64,000 bases of DNA from Candidatus Saccharimonadia bacterium (GTDB lineage: Bacteria; Patescibacteriota; Saccharimonadia; UBA4664; JBBRNT01), in NCBI GenBank assembly GCA_038230095.1, contig JBBRNT010000003.1:9811-73810 (forward strand). The letters are read 5' to 3'. Below are positions 27,237 to 37,015 of the stretch, in pieces. The notes below the pieces were generated by a model. It was given only the letters and a program-made list of their open reading frames with translations. It made no database searches and was not told the origin of the DNA. How positions within the stretch are numbered: position 1 is the stretch's first letter; the number at the start of each line of letters is the position of its first letter. The position numbers were made by a program, and so were the translations under genes.

Positions 27237-28359
27237 CCTCCATAAACTTGCCGTAGAGCATGGCCAGCTTTATCTGAACTGCATCCTCAAACACCCGCGG
27301 ATCTAGACCCAGTGCGTCATTGATGCGGTCTAGGCGATAGACTAGGGTGTTGCGGTGAATACCGAGGCGGTTGGCGGTGGCGGTAAGAGCCATATCTAGG
27401 TCGAAGAATGCCTCCAGCGTGACGAGAACCTCGCTATTGGTATCAATCTTGTCGAGAAGATCGCGACTAAAGTAGATATTATCTTGGTCAACGCCAGACA
27501 GTAGGGGAGCAACTACGCCAAAGTCGTCAATATGGTAGATGCTATTGCCGTCCCAGCGCTGGCGACCGAGCTCTATGGCCGAGCTAGCCTCGCGAAAGCT
27601 ATGGGCTAGGCCGCCACGGCCATGGTGGTAGTTGCCAACCCCAATGATGGCGGGTAGCTTCACCTCGGCGTGGACAATGTCGTAGAGAGTGGGGATGGAC
27701 TTCTTGAAGCCGGCCAAACTGTCTTCTAGCTCGCTGCTACCACCTTGTATGTCCTTGAGAATAACAAATTTATTTTCGCCAATGTAGGTCACAATATTGT
27801 CTCGGCTGGTAGTGTAGAACGAGCTTAGCGCCCGCGCAATGCCGGACTTGTAGCGGCTAATGCGAGTGTCTCGGTCGGAAGAGGGAGTTCGCATAATAGT
27901 AGTGAGCACCGGATCGTCTATGGCCACTAGCACAGCTACGCGCGGCCTGGTGAGGTCTAGGTCGTGGATAGCGGCCTCTGTGGATACTGAGGTAGGGTCC
28001 AGGGTGTCGTCTTGCAGTAGGTCGTAGATAAACTTGTCGGTGCGTTCCTCGACGCGGGGCATTTGGTCGATGAGTAGCTGCTGGTGGAGGATGAGCTCGG
28101 CAATTGAGCGGATAAGTGGCTCAAGCTCCTCAGCGCTGCCCAAGGCAGGGCTAGTGACAATGAAGCCGGCTGGCTGGCCGGCGTAGTTGAAGCTAATTGA
28201 AGTGGGCTGCTGAGTAACGACGAGTACTTCCTCGACGCCGATTTGGTTGGTGGCAAGGACAGTGCCCGAGGGGTCGACAACAGAGATAGGTTGTCCTACT
28301 AGTCCTGCCACCTTATGCTGGATCTTTTCGGCGATCTGAAGATTGAGCACCACGGTCAC
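27214..28359 (-). CDS. CdaR/PucR-family regulator (paralog)
   Basis: IGVG, TA..LGIHRNTLVYRLDRI...GLDPR.FEDA. Confidence 0.9.
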   Translation of the reverse strand: MTVVLNLQIAEKIQHKVAGLVGQPISVVDPSGTVLATNQIGVEEVLVVTQQPTSISFNYAGQPAGFIVTSPALGSAEELEPLIRSIAELILHQQLLIDQMPRVEERTDKFIYDLLQDDTLDPTSVSTEAAIHDLDLTRPRVAVLVAIDDPVLTTIMRTPSSDRDTRISRYKSGIARALSSFYTTSRDNIVTYIGENKFVILKDIQGGSSELEDSLAGFKKSIPTLYDIVHAEVKLPAIIGVGNYHHGRGGLAHSFREASSAIELGRQRWDGNSIYHIDDFGVVAPLLSGVDQDNIYFSRDLLDKIDTNSEVLVTLEAFFDLDMALTATANRLGIHRNTLVYRLDRINDALGLDPRVFEDAVQIKLAMLYGKFMEDDYAYRA

Positions 28360-28661
28360 CCCGCATTCAGCCTATCTGAAAATCGCGTCATTGGCTGACT
28401 GCGATACAGATAGGCGTTTTTGTAATTTCGTACAATTATAGTAAGCCTGTAGTTGTAGGAACTGCAAGCTTAAGCGGAATATATTTACTTGATACTAGCA
28501 TAAGAATAATGTAGTTTTTACAACAATTCGGTAATGCTTTTTGAGTAAGTGGTGGTGTGGGAGGTGCCGTCTCAGGCTTATTTGCTCTATATGCTTCGGG
28601 GTGAACGGAGATAGGTTGATCTGAGCAGTGTTTTAGGGTATATTCATGAACGTTCATTCGT

Positions 28662-28738
28662 GGGTCCTTAGCTCAGTTGGCTAGAGCGCTTCCTTGACGT
28701 GGAAGAGGTCAGAGGTTCGACTCCTCTAGGACCCACCA
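28662..28738 (+). tRNA. tRNA-Val(GAC)
   Basis: GGGTCCT/AGGACCC stem, TT-GAC-GT loop, CCA. Confidence 0.96.
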
Positions 28739-28789
28739 AAGCAAACACCAGCATTCGCTGGTTTTTTGTTTTCAAGCTATAATCTGGGT

Positions 28790-30184
28790 ATGAAACCAGG
28801 AAGCCATCTACACTTTATTGGCATTGCCGGCCATGCCATGCGCGGGATTGCGCTGGCAGCCGTGGACCTGGGCTACAAGGTGACTGGCTCGGATGAGGCT
28901 GGCGGCCCACCCGGGACGGATTGGCTAGACGCCAAGAGTATTACGTGGTGGCGAGAACCCGATACTAAGCGGATGGAGGGCGTTGACGCCGTGATCATCA
29001 GTGGCGGTACTAAGCCAGACTTTGTAGAAATTGCCTGGGCCCAGGAGCGACAGGTACCGGTGCTGTCATTTGCAGAGCTGGTGGGGGCTATGGCGGCCGA
29101 GAAGCGACGGATTGTGGTGGCAGGTACACATGGAAAGACGACTACTAGCTCACTTATTACGTGGCTGCTGGAGTCGGCGGGGCGCCACCCAGACTTTCTG
29201 ATAGGCATTCAACCACGCAATTTCGACTCGAGCTCACGCTTGACGACAGATAGCGATGTCATAGTGTTTGAGGGCGATGAGTACACTGCTAGCCAGATAG
29301 ACCCCCAGCCCAAGTTCAACTACTATAAGCCGGATAATCTGGTGGTAACGGCGCTTGAAATGGACCATCCGGATGTGTTTAAGAACGTGGAAGAGATTGC
29401 CGAGCACTTTACTAAGCTAGTAGCAGGAGTGCCGGCCGATGGCCAGGTGAGTTACTGGGTAGGGGCTGAGCGGCTAGCGGCATTGATGAGCGAGGCCAGG
29501 CCCGACGCGCTGAGTTATGATCTGGATAATGCCCACTGGACAGCCTCGGATATTGCATACATGCCAGCTGGCCTTGAGTTTACCGTAAACTATGAGGACA
29601 ATGAGTTGGGCCGCGTGCGGGTGGGGCTGTATGGCGAGCATAATGTCTTGAACACCCTAGGCGCCGTGTCGGCGGTCATGGCGGAAGCCGTACCGTTTGA
29701 GGAGATAGCCGATGGTATGCAGAGCTTTCTGGGTGCCAGCCGTCGTTTTGAGCGCGTAAGTGCGGACGGCGCTGCGGTAACGATCATAGACGACTACGCG
29801 CACCATCCTACTGAGGTTGCGGCGACGATAGCCGCTGCCAAACGGCACTTCCCCGACGGCAAGGTGATAGCGTTGTTCCGGCCTCACACGTATTCCCGCA
29901 CGGCCCAGTTGCTTGCCGAGTACCACGAGGCCTTTGCCCTGGCCGATGTGACCTTTGTGACAGATATTGAAGCCGCACGTGAAGGCGGACAGGAGGAACA
30001 GTACCACGTATCTGGAGAGGACGTGGTGACAGGTGCCAAAGGCGATGTGCGGTATGCTCCAGACCGCTCAAAAATTGTTGACTTAATTACAACAGAAGCC
30101 AAGCCGGGCGATCTGGTGTTGTCCATGACAGTGGGTAGCTACGAGAACATAGTGAAGGAGCTAAATACGCGGCTCAATGGCTAG
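28790..30184 (+). CDS. murC: MurC/Mpl-family Mur ligase
   Basis: HFIGIAG, GTHGKTTT, EGDEY, DHPD, RRFE, DDYAHHPTE, PHTYSRT. Confidence 0.85.
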   Translation: MKPGSHLHFIGIAGHAMRGIALAAVDLGYKVTGSDEAGGPPGTDWLDAKSITWWREPDTKRMEGVDAVIISGGTKPDFVEIAWAQERQVPVLSFAELVGAMAAEKRRIVVAGTHGKTTTSSLITWLLESAGRHPDFLIGIQPRNFDSSSRLTTDSDVIVFEGDEYTASQIDPQPKFNYYKPDNLVVTALEMDHPDVFKNVEEIAEHFTKLVAGVPADGQVSYWVGAERLAALMSEARPDALSYDLDNAHWTASDIAYMPAGLEFTVNYEDNELGRVRVGLYGEHNVLNTLGAVSAVMAEAVPFEEIADGMQSFLGASRRFERVSADGAAVTIIDDYAHHPTEVAATIAAAKRHFPDGKVIALFRPHTYSRTAQLLAEYHEAFALADVTFVTDIEAAREGGQEEQYHVSGEDVVTGAKGDVRYAPDRSKIVDLITTEAKPGDLVLSMTVGSYENIVKELNTRLNG

Positions 30185-30230
30185 CCAGAGCCTAGATCTG
30201 TTATAATCGGTCGGTCCTTGTGCGCAATAT

Positions 30231-30307
30231 GGGTAATTAGCTCAGCTGGTTAGAGCGCTTGATTCACATTCAAGAGGTCACAGGTTCGAATCCTGTATTA
30301 CCCACCA
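30231..30307 (+). tRNA. tRNA-Val(CAC)
   Basis: GGGTAAT/ATTACCC stem, TT-CAC-AT loop, CCA. Confidence 0.96.
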
Positions 30308-30430
30308 GGATTTATTTGAAATACCGCCGCAGGGCGGTTTCTTGTTGCCTAGCACAAGTAGTTGATTGACGAATGTGGCTGGATCATTAATACTGTCTGC
30401 GACAGTTCTACCGACGCCGAGGAGGCAATT

Positions 30431-30889
30431 ATGACTGTAGTAATTGAAGGAATCGATGCGGCTTATGCGCGGAACCGCAATCGGCCGAGGCTTCACTGGC
30501 GAGCAAAACAAACGAAAGGCAGGCTGTCCCACGTCCTCGATGGCATAGGACAGCAACAGTATGGCGGACGGGTGGATAGCCTGTTTGCAGGCTCGCTGAT
30601 CTGGCTGATCGAGGTGCTCGAGCCGCTGGTGAAACTGCCTCGCGATGTAGTGGGACGAGCCATGGTCTGGGACGGCCTTCTGACTGATGGCGAGGAGTCC
30701 TACTGGCTGGTCCTGAGCTGGGCTACCCCATGGGACACTTGGCGTGACACAGAGCTAGCCATCCGGCGCCAGCACAAGACAGTGAAAGATCTGGCCGAGG
30801 GTGGTACGGTGAGCCTTCGACGATTGTCGGCACTGGCCCAGTTCCTAGCCCCATACGCAGAGTTTCTCGATCGTCTAGCGGAGTTCTGA
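30431..30889 (+). CDS. Hypothetical protein
   Basis: GGAGG SD; TGATG coupling to MOSC gene. Confidence 0.6.
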   Translation: MTVVIEGIDAAYARNRNRPRLHWRAKQTKGRLSHVLDGIGQQQYGGRVDSLFAGSLIWLIEVLEPLVKLPRDVVGRAMVWDGLLTDGEESYWLVLSWATPWDTWRDTELAIRRQHKTVKDLAEGGTVSLRRLSALAQFLAPYAEFLDRLAEF

Positions 30890-31470
30890 TGGACGACGAA
30901 GTAGCTATGCCGAGGCGGCTGACGGGGACGGTGACAGGCTGTTGGATTGTAGAGGGCGAGGGCGTAGAGTCAACGCATCGCGAAATGCTCACACTCAACC
31001 TGAAAGGCATTGTCTGCGACCGCCACTCGGGGTTTACCAGGTACTCCGGCGCCCGCGAGGCGCCGTTCTACCCCATTGGCACCCAGATACGCAACGACCG
31101 GCAGGTCTCGCTGGTATCAGCCGAAGAAATGGCCGAGATCCAAGCTGCACTCGGTGTGGGCGAGATACTGCCCGGGTGGTTGGGAGCCAATATTCTGATC
31201 GCGGGTATTCCAGGCTTCACCGCACTACCAGCAACTGCTCGCTTGCAGTTCTCGCGCGGCACTGTCCTAGTGGTGCACCACGAAAACTACCCCTGCGGTG
31301 CCCCCGGTAGAGTCATTGGAGAGCAGCGGCCGTTTTTGATTGATCCGCGGTCCAGTTTCAAGCGTGCAGCGGCCGGCCGGCGAGGTCTGGTGGGCTGGGT
31401 GGAGCGAGCAGGGCAGATCTGGCTAGGTGATACGGTCGAGGTGTATGAGCTGGATGAGATAATCAAGTAG
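30889..31470 (+). CDS. MOSC-domain protein
   Basis: GI..DRH, RQVSLVS.EE, LGANI, ENYPC, RRGLVGWV...G.I..GD. Confidence 0.85.
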   Translation: MDDEVAMPRRLTGTVTGCWIVEGEGVESTHREMLTLNLKGIVCDRHSGFTRYSGAREAPFYPIGTQIRNDRQVSLVSAEEMAEIQAALGVGEILPGWLGANILIAGIPGFTALPATARLQFSRGTVLVVHHENYPCGAPGRVIGEQRPFLIDPRSSFKRAAAGRRGLVGWVERAGQIWLGDTVEVYELDEIIK

Positions 31471-31542
31471 CAAACGGGCCGGAGCGTAAGCTCCGGCCCT
31501 TGAATTTCTGGCTATCTGGTGCTACATTTGGCCTAGGTTAAT

Positions 31543-31691
31543 AAAGCGTTGAGTGGCCTACCAACCCACGAGCTTCGTCCGCCAGTAACGCATATTGGCA
31601 AAGAGTGGCCGCAATGGCAATCCAAGTGGAACCGTCCGAAAGGACCTTGGAGTAACCAGGCGGTTTTTGTTATACCGCCGAAGGAGATACT
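31543..31691 (+). promoter_or_regulatory. Thr T-box riboswitch, ultrashort stem I, translational
   Basis: Antiterminator CCAAG-TGGAACC-GTCC-GAAA-GGAC-CTTGG (31622-31650); ACC specifier 31560-31562; SD-sequestering helix. Confidence 0.8.
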
Positions 31692-33557
31692 ATGGCACAG
31701 AAAAGTAAGCAGGCTCATACGGTAGACACCGATCAGCTCTATGCAATGCGGCACTCGCTGGCGCATATTATGGCGACGGCTATTCAGAAGCTGCACCCAG
31801 ACGCCAAGTTTGGTGTGGGCCCGGTAGTGGATAATGGCTTCTACTATGACGTAGACGTAGCACAGCCTATTACCGAAGAAGAGTTGAAGGCGATTGAGAA
31901 GAAGATGGCCGAAGTTATTAAGGCCAACTACCCATTTGAGCGGCGCGAGCTGGGGCTGGATGAAGCTATCGCTAAGGTAACGGCCGAAAAACAGGATTAT
32001 AAGATTGAGCTGCTCAATGATTTGAAAGTCCATGGTACAACGAGCGCTAAGGATATTGCTGGTGACACCCTAGAAGTGACCAGAAATGATGTAGATGTAA
32101 CAACGGTATCGTTCTACAAGGATGGTCCGTTTGAAGACCTTTGTCGCGGCCCACACCTGGAATCCACAGGTAAGGTCGGTGCATTTAAGCTTATGCGCGT
32201 ATCTGGCGCCTACTGGCGCGGTGATCAATCCAAGGCCCAAATGCAGCGGGTATACGGTGTAGCATTTGCGACTCGTGATGAGCTAAAGGCTCACCTCACC
32301 ATGCTGGAAGAGGCTGAACGGCGCGACCACCGCAAGCTTGGCCAGGAACTGGATCTATTTGTCTTCAGCGATCTAGTAGGCCAGGGCCTCCCACTATGGA
32401 CGCCACGCGGCACCATCCTGCGTCGCCAACTGGACAACTTTGTCCAGGAGATGCGTGACGAGTACGGCTTCCAGGAAGTGGCAATTCCGCACATTACCAA
32501 GAAAGAACTCTACGAGAAGAGCGGACACTGGGGTAAGTTTAAGGACGATCTGTTCCGCATCAATACCCGCGAGGGCCATGAGTTTGCCATGAAGCCCATG
32601 AACTGTCCGCATCATACCCAGATCTACGCTTCTCGCCCGCGTAGCTACCGTGACTTGCCTATCCGCTACCGTGAGACGACTATGGTCTACCGTGATGAGC
32701 AGAGTGGCGAGCTCGGCGGACTGTCACGCGTGCGTTCTATCACCCAGGATGACGCGCACGTGTTCTGCCGCCAGCAACAGATTCAGGTTGAAGTGCTCAA
32801 GCTATGGGACATAGTGGAGCGGTTCTACGGTGCGTTTGATCTGAAGCTGCGGCTGCGTGTTTCTACCCACGACCCCGAGAAAATGGAGGCGTATACAGGC
32901 TCGGCAGCAGCTTGGGAAAGCTCCGTTGCACAGCTAGAGGCCATAGCCCAGGGGAAGTTGGGTGACGACTACGAGATTGGTGTTGGCGAGGCAGCGTTCT
33001 ATGGTCCCAAACTAGACTTCATGGCGAAGGACGCAATTGCTCGGGAGCATCAGGTAGCTACGATCCAGCTCGACTTCAACCAGCCTGAGGGCTTTGATCT
33101 GACCTGTACCAATGAGCAGGGTGAGGGCGAGCGGATTGTGATGATCCATTGCGCAATTATGGGCAGTATTGAGCGATTTCTTTCGGTTCTTATTGAACAC
33201 ACGGCTGGCCGGTTCCCAGTCTGGCTGGCGCCGGAACAGATCCGGGTAACCACCGTGAACGACACAGACGAGCTTAGCGACTTTGCCGGGGAAGTAGTAG
33301 CCGACATGAAGCTACTGGGGCTCAGGGCACACCTCGACAACTCCAGCGATAGCGTGGGTAAGAAGATTCGCTCGGCTGAACTGGCCAAGGTGCCCTATAC
33401 CATTGTAATTGGCGAGAAGGAAGTGCGGACGCGCGAGGTAACACCACGTATTCGTAAGGATCTGAGCGTGAAAGAACCGGTGGCTATGGATGTAGACCTG
33501 TTCAGTAAGAGCGTGGCTAATGAAGCCAAGAGCCGCACTATGCGGTCATCGCTCTAG
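31692..33557 (+). CDS. thrS: Threonine--tRNA ligase
   Basis: RHSLAH, DLCRGPH, RDHRKLG, KPMNCPHH, AFYGPKLD, GSIERF. Confidence 0.98.
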   Translation: MAQKSKQAHTVDTDQLYAMRHSLAHIMATAIQKLHPDAKFGVGPVVDNGFYYDVDVAQPITEEELKAIEKKMAEVIKANYPFERRELGLDEAIAKVTAEKQDYKIELLNDLKVHGTTSAKDIAGDTLEVTRNDVDVTTVSFYKDGPFEDLCRGPHLESTGKVGAFKLMRVSGAYWRGDQSKAQMQRVYGVAFATRDELKAHLTMLEEAERRDHRKLGQELDLFVFSDLVGQGLPLWTPRGTILRRQLDNFVQEMRDEYGFQEVAIPHITKKELYEKSGHWGKFKDDLFRINTREGHEFAMKPMNCPHHTQIYASRPRSYRDLPIRYRETTMVYRDEQSGELGGLSRVRSITQDDAHVFCRQQQIQVEVLKLWDIVERFYGAFDLKLRLRVSTHDPEKMEAYTGSAAAWESSVAQLEAIAQGKLGDDYEIGVGEAAFYGPKLDFMAKDAIAREHQVATIQLDFNQPEGFDLTCTNEQGEGERIVMIHCAIMGSIERFLSVLIEHTAGRFPVWLAPEQIRVTTVNDTDELSDFAGEVVADMKLLGLRAHLDNSSDSVGKKIRSAELAKVPYTIVIGEKEVRTREVTPRIRKDLSVKEPVAMDVDLFSKSVANEAKSRTMRSSL

Positions 33558-33560
33558 GCG

Positions 33561-33932
33561 ATGGAGCAGCTGCCGCCAATGTTTGCCGACCGGGTCTACG
33601 CGCTGGTAGCGCGGATCCCACGGGGGCGCGTCATGACCTATGGGCAGATTGCAGCACTGTGCGGGAGCCCACGAGCAGCCAGGCAGGTGGGCCAGGTGGC
33701 GCACTGGGGGCCGATGGATCTGCCCTGGCAGCGTGTGGTAAATAAGCAGGGGGGACTGGCTGGTGGCTACACTACAGGTGGGCGGGCGGCGCACAAAGCA
33801 GACCTGGAGGCCGATGGGGTGGCCGTGAGTGACGACTACAGTGTAGATATAGCGCGGCTTACCTGGTGGCCGCAGGACTTGACGCCCGAGCACCAGCCCC
33901 TACCGCTGCCCAAACAAGATAATCTTTTGTAA
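33561..33932 (+). CDS. Alkyltransferase-like (ATL/YbaZ, MGMT family) protein
   Basis: IPRGRVMTYGQIA, ARQVG, LPWQRVVN (Trp at the catalytic Cys position). Confidence 0.88.
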   Translation: MEQLPPMFADRVYALVARIPRGRVMTYGQIAALCGSPRAARQVGQVAHWGPMDLPWQRVVNKQGGLAGGYTTGGRAAHKADLEADGVAVSDDYSVDIARLTWWPQDLTPEHQPLPLPKQDNLL

Positions 33933-34858
33933 TGAACATGATGGTAAATACTACGGAACCCAAGCTGGTTATTATTCTCGGCCCCACGGCATCGGGCAAA
34001 TCTGATCTTGGCATGGAACTGGCCAGACGGTTTAATGGCGAGATAATAGCGGCCGATTCACGGACGGTATACCGTGGGATGGACATTGGCACTGCTAAGC
34101 CTAGCCTCGGTGATCAGACTGAAATACAGCACTGGGGTCTAGACTTGGTTGAGCCGAATGAGCCGTTTAATGCTGCACAGTTTAAGGCCTATGCTAATGC
34201 TGCGGTTGCTAATATTGCCGGCCGAGGGAAACTGCCAATAATGGTAGGTGGGACTGGCTTGTACATAGATGCTGTACTTTATGACTATCGGTTTCCGACT
34301 GGCGACGACATTGCAAAACGCAGCGAATATGCGGCGATGGGCGTGGGGAAATTGCTTGAATTGCTGCAAATAAATAATCCCGATAAATACGCTGTAATTG
34401 ACCATGCGAATAAACGACGAATTATTCGGGCCTTAGAAAATAATCAGAATAATGAAAACAAATCGGGCAGTCCCAGACCGCAGACACTGGTGCTGGGGCT
34501 GGAATTGAACAAAGAAATTATTCAATCTAGGATTGAGCTAAGAGCCAAAAAAATGCTTAGCAAAGGCATAATCGAGGAAGTACGCAGGACTGGCGAAACA
34601 TTTGGATGGGACTCTGAGGCCATGTCTGGAATTATTTATCGAGTATTTAAAATGATTGCCCAGACGGGTGAAAATAATCCTGAAATAATCGAAGCTGCAC
34701 TGGCGGAGTTTATAGCCAGCGACAAAAAATTGGTGAAAAAACAGTTGACATGGTTTCGGCGAAGCCCACACATAACGTGGCTAAACGCAGCCGATCCGGC
34801 CGTGCTGGTTGCCCAGGCGGACGGGCTAGTTCGGACATTTGTAGCCACTGACTTATAA
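33932..34858 (+). CDS. miaA: tRNA dimethylallyltransferase
   Basis: GPTASGKS, ADSRTVYRGMDIGTAKP, VGGTGLY, KKQLTWF. Confidence 0.95.
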   Translation: MNMMVNTTEPKLVIILGPTASGKSDLGMELARRFNGEIIAADSRTVYRGMDIGTAKPSLGDQTEIQHWGLDLVEPNEPFNAAQFKAYANAAVANIAGRGKLPIMVGGTGLYIDAVLYDYRFPTGDDIAKRSEYAAMGVGKLLELLQINNPDKYAVIDHANKRRIIRALENNQNNENKSGSPRPQTLVLGLELNKEIIQSRIELRAKKMLSKGIIEEVRRTGETFGWDSEAMSGIIYRVFKMIAQTGENNPEIIEAALAEFIASDKKLVKKQLTWFRRSPHITWLNAADPAVLVAQADGLVRTFVATDL

Positions 34859-34865
34859 TAGAGCT

Positions 34866-36242
34866 ATGAAAAAGCGACTGACAATTGCAGCGGCAAAAAG
34901 CGCTCGAATGGCAACGCGGCTGCTGGGCCGTGGTACTGGCTCGGCCTTGCCGGGGTACGTGGCCGAACGGCTCGATGGACATATTCTAGCCAAGCTTGGT
35001 CGTGAGCTACCGCAGGGTAGTGTGCTTGTCACTGGCACCAACGGTAAAACTACCACAACCAAGCTGCTACGGGAGATGGTCGATACGCTAGGCATCCGTG
35101 TAATTAATAACCGAGCTGGATCCAACCTGTACCGGGGCATTGTGTCCACTCTGATTGCGGCAACAGATTGGCGCGCTCGGGTGCGGGGCGATATAGGTAT
35201 TTTCGAAGTGGACGAGGCAGCTATGGTGGAGGTAGCGCCGGCGCTACAGCCAAAGCTGATCGTAGTGCTCAACCTGTTCCGGGACCAACTGGACCGGTAC
35301 GGGGAACTAGATACTACGGCTAAGCTCATTGGTAAAGCCATAGCGAGCACGCAGGCAGAAGTGTGGCTGAACGCGGACGATCCGCTCGTGGCTAGCCTGG
35401 CCAGCTATTGCAGCGACCCAGCGCGAGTGCACTACTTTGGAGTTGAGGCGGCCTACCGATCTAAACTGGCTCACGACTACACGGCCGACTCTATCCATGA
35501 TCCGGCCAGTGGTGAGCTTCTAGAATACTCTCAGGTATTCTATGGCCACCTGGGTCACTACTCCAGCAAGGCTACCAAGCGGCCGACGCCGGCAGTAGCA
35601 CTGACGCAGTACACGCCACATGATCTAGCCAGTACGCTCAAGCTTAGGTTAGCTGGAGGGGAAGGGCTGGAGGTAAGCCTGGCATTGCCAGGACTCTATA
35701 ATGCCTATAACGCCCTAGCAGCAGTAGCATTGAGCCAAGTACTTGGGGTGAATTCGGCCCGGATGTCGCAGGTGCTATCTGTAACTAACCCAGCATTTGG
35801 CAGGGTTGAGAAGCTACATCTGGCTGGCCGAGAAGTACGGCTGCTGCTTATTAAGAATCCTACAGGCTTTAACCAAATAATCGAGACATTCCTGTTGCAA
35901 AAAATACAACAAAAAGTATTGATTATCATCAATGATAACTTTGCGGATGGGCGTGACGTGTCTTGGCTCTGGGACGTGGCCATAGAGGATCTAGCCAGCT
36001 TAAACCACGAGATATATCTGTCGGGTGTTCGCCGATACGATATGGCCCTGCGTCTGAAGTATGCGAATATGCCAGTGGCCGGCATAGATGCGACGCCGGC
36101 CGACGTATTGCAGCGCTTGGTGCACCAAGAAACCAAGCCTGGTGAGGTTATCTATGTACTGCCTACCTATACTGCGTTGCTGGAGCTGCGGAGTGGTCTT
36201 GAAAAAATGGGTAAGCTGGCGCCGCCGGGGGAGGACGTATGA
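34866..36242 (+). CDS. murT: Lipid II amidotransferase subunit MurT
   Basis: GTNGKTTT, EVDEA, NLFRDQLDRYGE, KNPTG, ADGRDVSWLWD. Confidence 0.92.
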   Translation: MKKRLTIAAAKSARMATRLLGRGTGSALPGYVAERLDGHILAKLGRELPQGSVLVTGTNGKTTTTKLLREMVDTLGIRVINNRAGSNLYRGIVSTLIAATDWRARVRGDIGIFEVDEAAMVEVAPALQPKLIVVLNLFRDQLDRYGELDTTAKLIGKAIASTQAEVWLNADDPLVASLASYCSDPARVHYFGVEAAYRSKLAHDYTADSIHDPASGELLEYSQVFYGHLGHYSSKATKRPTPAVALTQYTPHDLASTLKLRLAGGEGLEVSLALPGLYNAYNALAAVALSQVLGVNSARMSQVLSVTNPAFGRVEKLHLAGREVRLLLIKNPTGFNQIIETFLLQKIQQKVLIIINDNFADGRDVSWLWDVAIEDLASLNHEIYLSGVRRYDMALRLKYANMPVAGIDATPADVLQRLVHQETKPGEVIYVLPTYTALLELRSGLEKMGKLAPPGEDV

Positions 36243-36955
36243 AGCAATCATTAACTATTCTGTATTTGTACCCCACAGAGATGAACATATATGGGGACCG
36301 AGGAAACGTTCTGGCCCTGCAGCGCCGGCTGGAGTGGCGGGGTATTGAGGCACGGGTAATAGAAGCCGGAGTCGGTGAGACCGTAGACTGGACCGAAGTA
36401 GACCTGGTGTTTGCCGGTGGCGGGCAGGACCGCGGACAGATAGCAGTGGGCCTGGACCTCGGTAAGCGATCCCCGCAAATCCACGATGCCGTACGCCGGG
36501 GCGTGGTCTTCCTGACCATCTGTGGAACATACCAGCTATTTACGCGTGGGTTCCGTACGGCGACTGGTGAGCATATTCCGGGTATTGGAGTATTTGATGC
36601 TGAGACTGTGGCCGGACCGAAGCGCCTGATTGGTAACACTACGGTGGAGTCACCATGGGGTGAGCTAGTGGGCTTTGAAAACCACAGTGGGCTGACCTAC
36701 CTGGACCGAGGCAAAGATAGCCTGGGTTACACCAAGGTAGGTGGTAATAATGGCAGTACCGGGGACGAAGGTGCTATTGCCCATAACTGTTTTGGCACGT
36801 ACCTACATGGACCTGTTTTACCCAAGAACCCCGAACTGGCGGACCACCTACTCAGCCTAGCTCTGGAGCGTAAATATCCCGGTAGTTTACTTGGCAAGCT
36901 AGACGATGCGCTAGAAGACCTGGCTCATCAGATTGCCAGTAAGCGGCCGCGCTAG
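36239..36955 (+). CDS. gatD: Glutamine amidotransferase GatD
   Basis: MNIYGDRGN, GGGQD, ICGTYQL, GFENH, YLHGPVLPKNP. Confidence 0.92.
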   Translation: MKQSLTILYLYPTEMNIYGDRGNVLALQRRLEWRGIEARVIEAGVGETVDWTEVDLVFAGGGQDRGQIAVGLDLGKRSPQIHDAVRRGVVFLTICGTYQLFTRGFRTATGEHIPGIGVFDAETVAGPKRLIGNTTVESPWGELVGFENHSGLTYLDRGKDSLGYTKVGGNNGSTGDEGAIAHNCFGTYLHGPVLPKNPELADHLLSLALERKYPGSLLGKLDDALEDLAHQIASKRPR

Positions 36956-37015
36956 ACCTGAGTAACAAAAAACGCACCCGTGGCCGCCCGCGGGTGCGTT
37001 TTTACTATAATCCGA

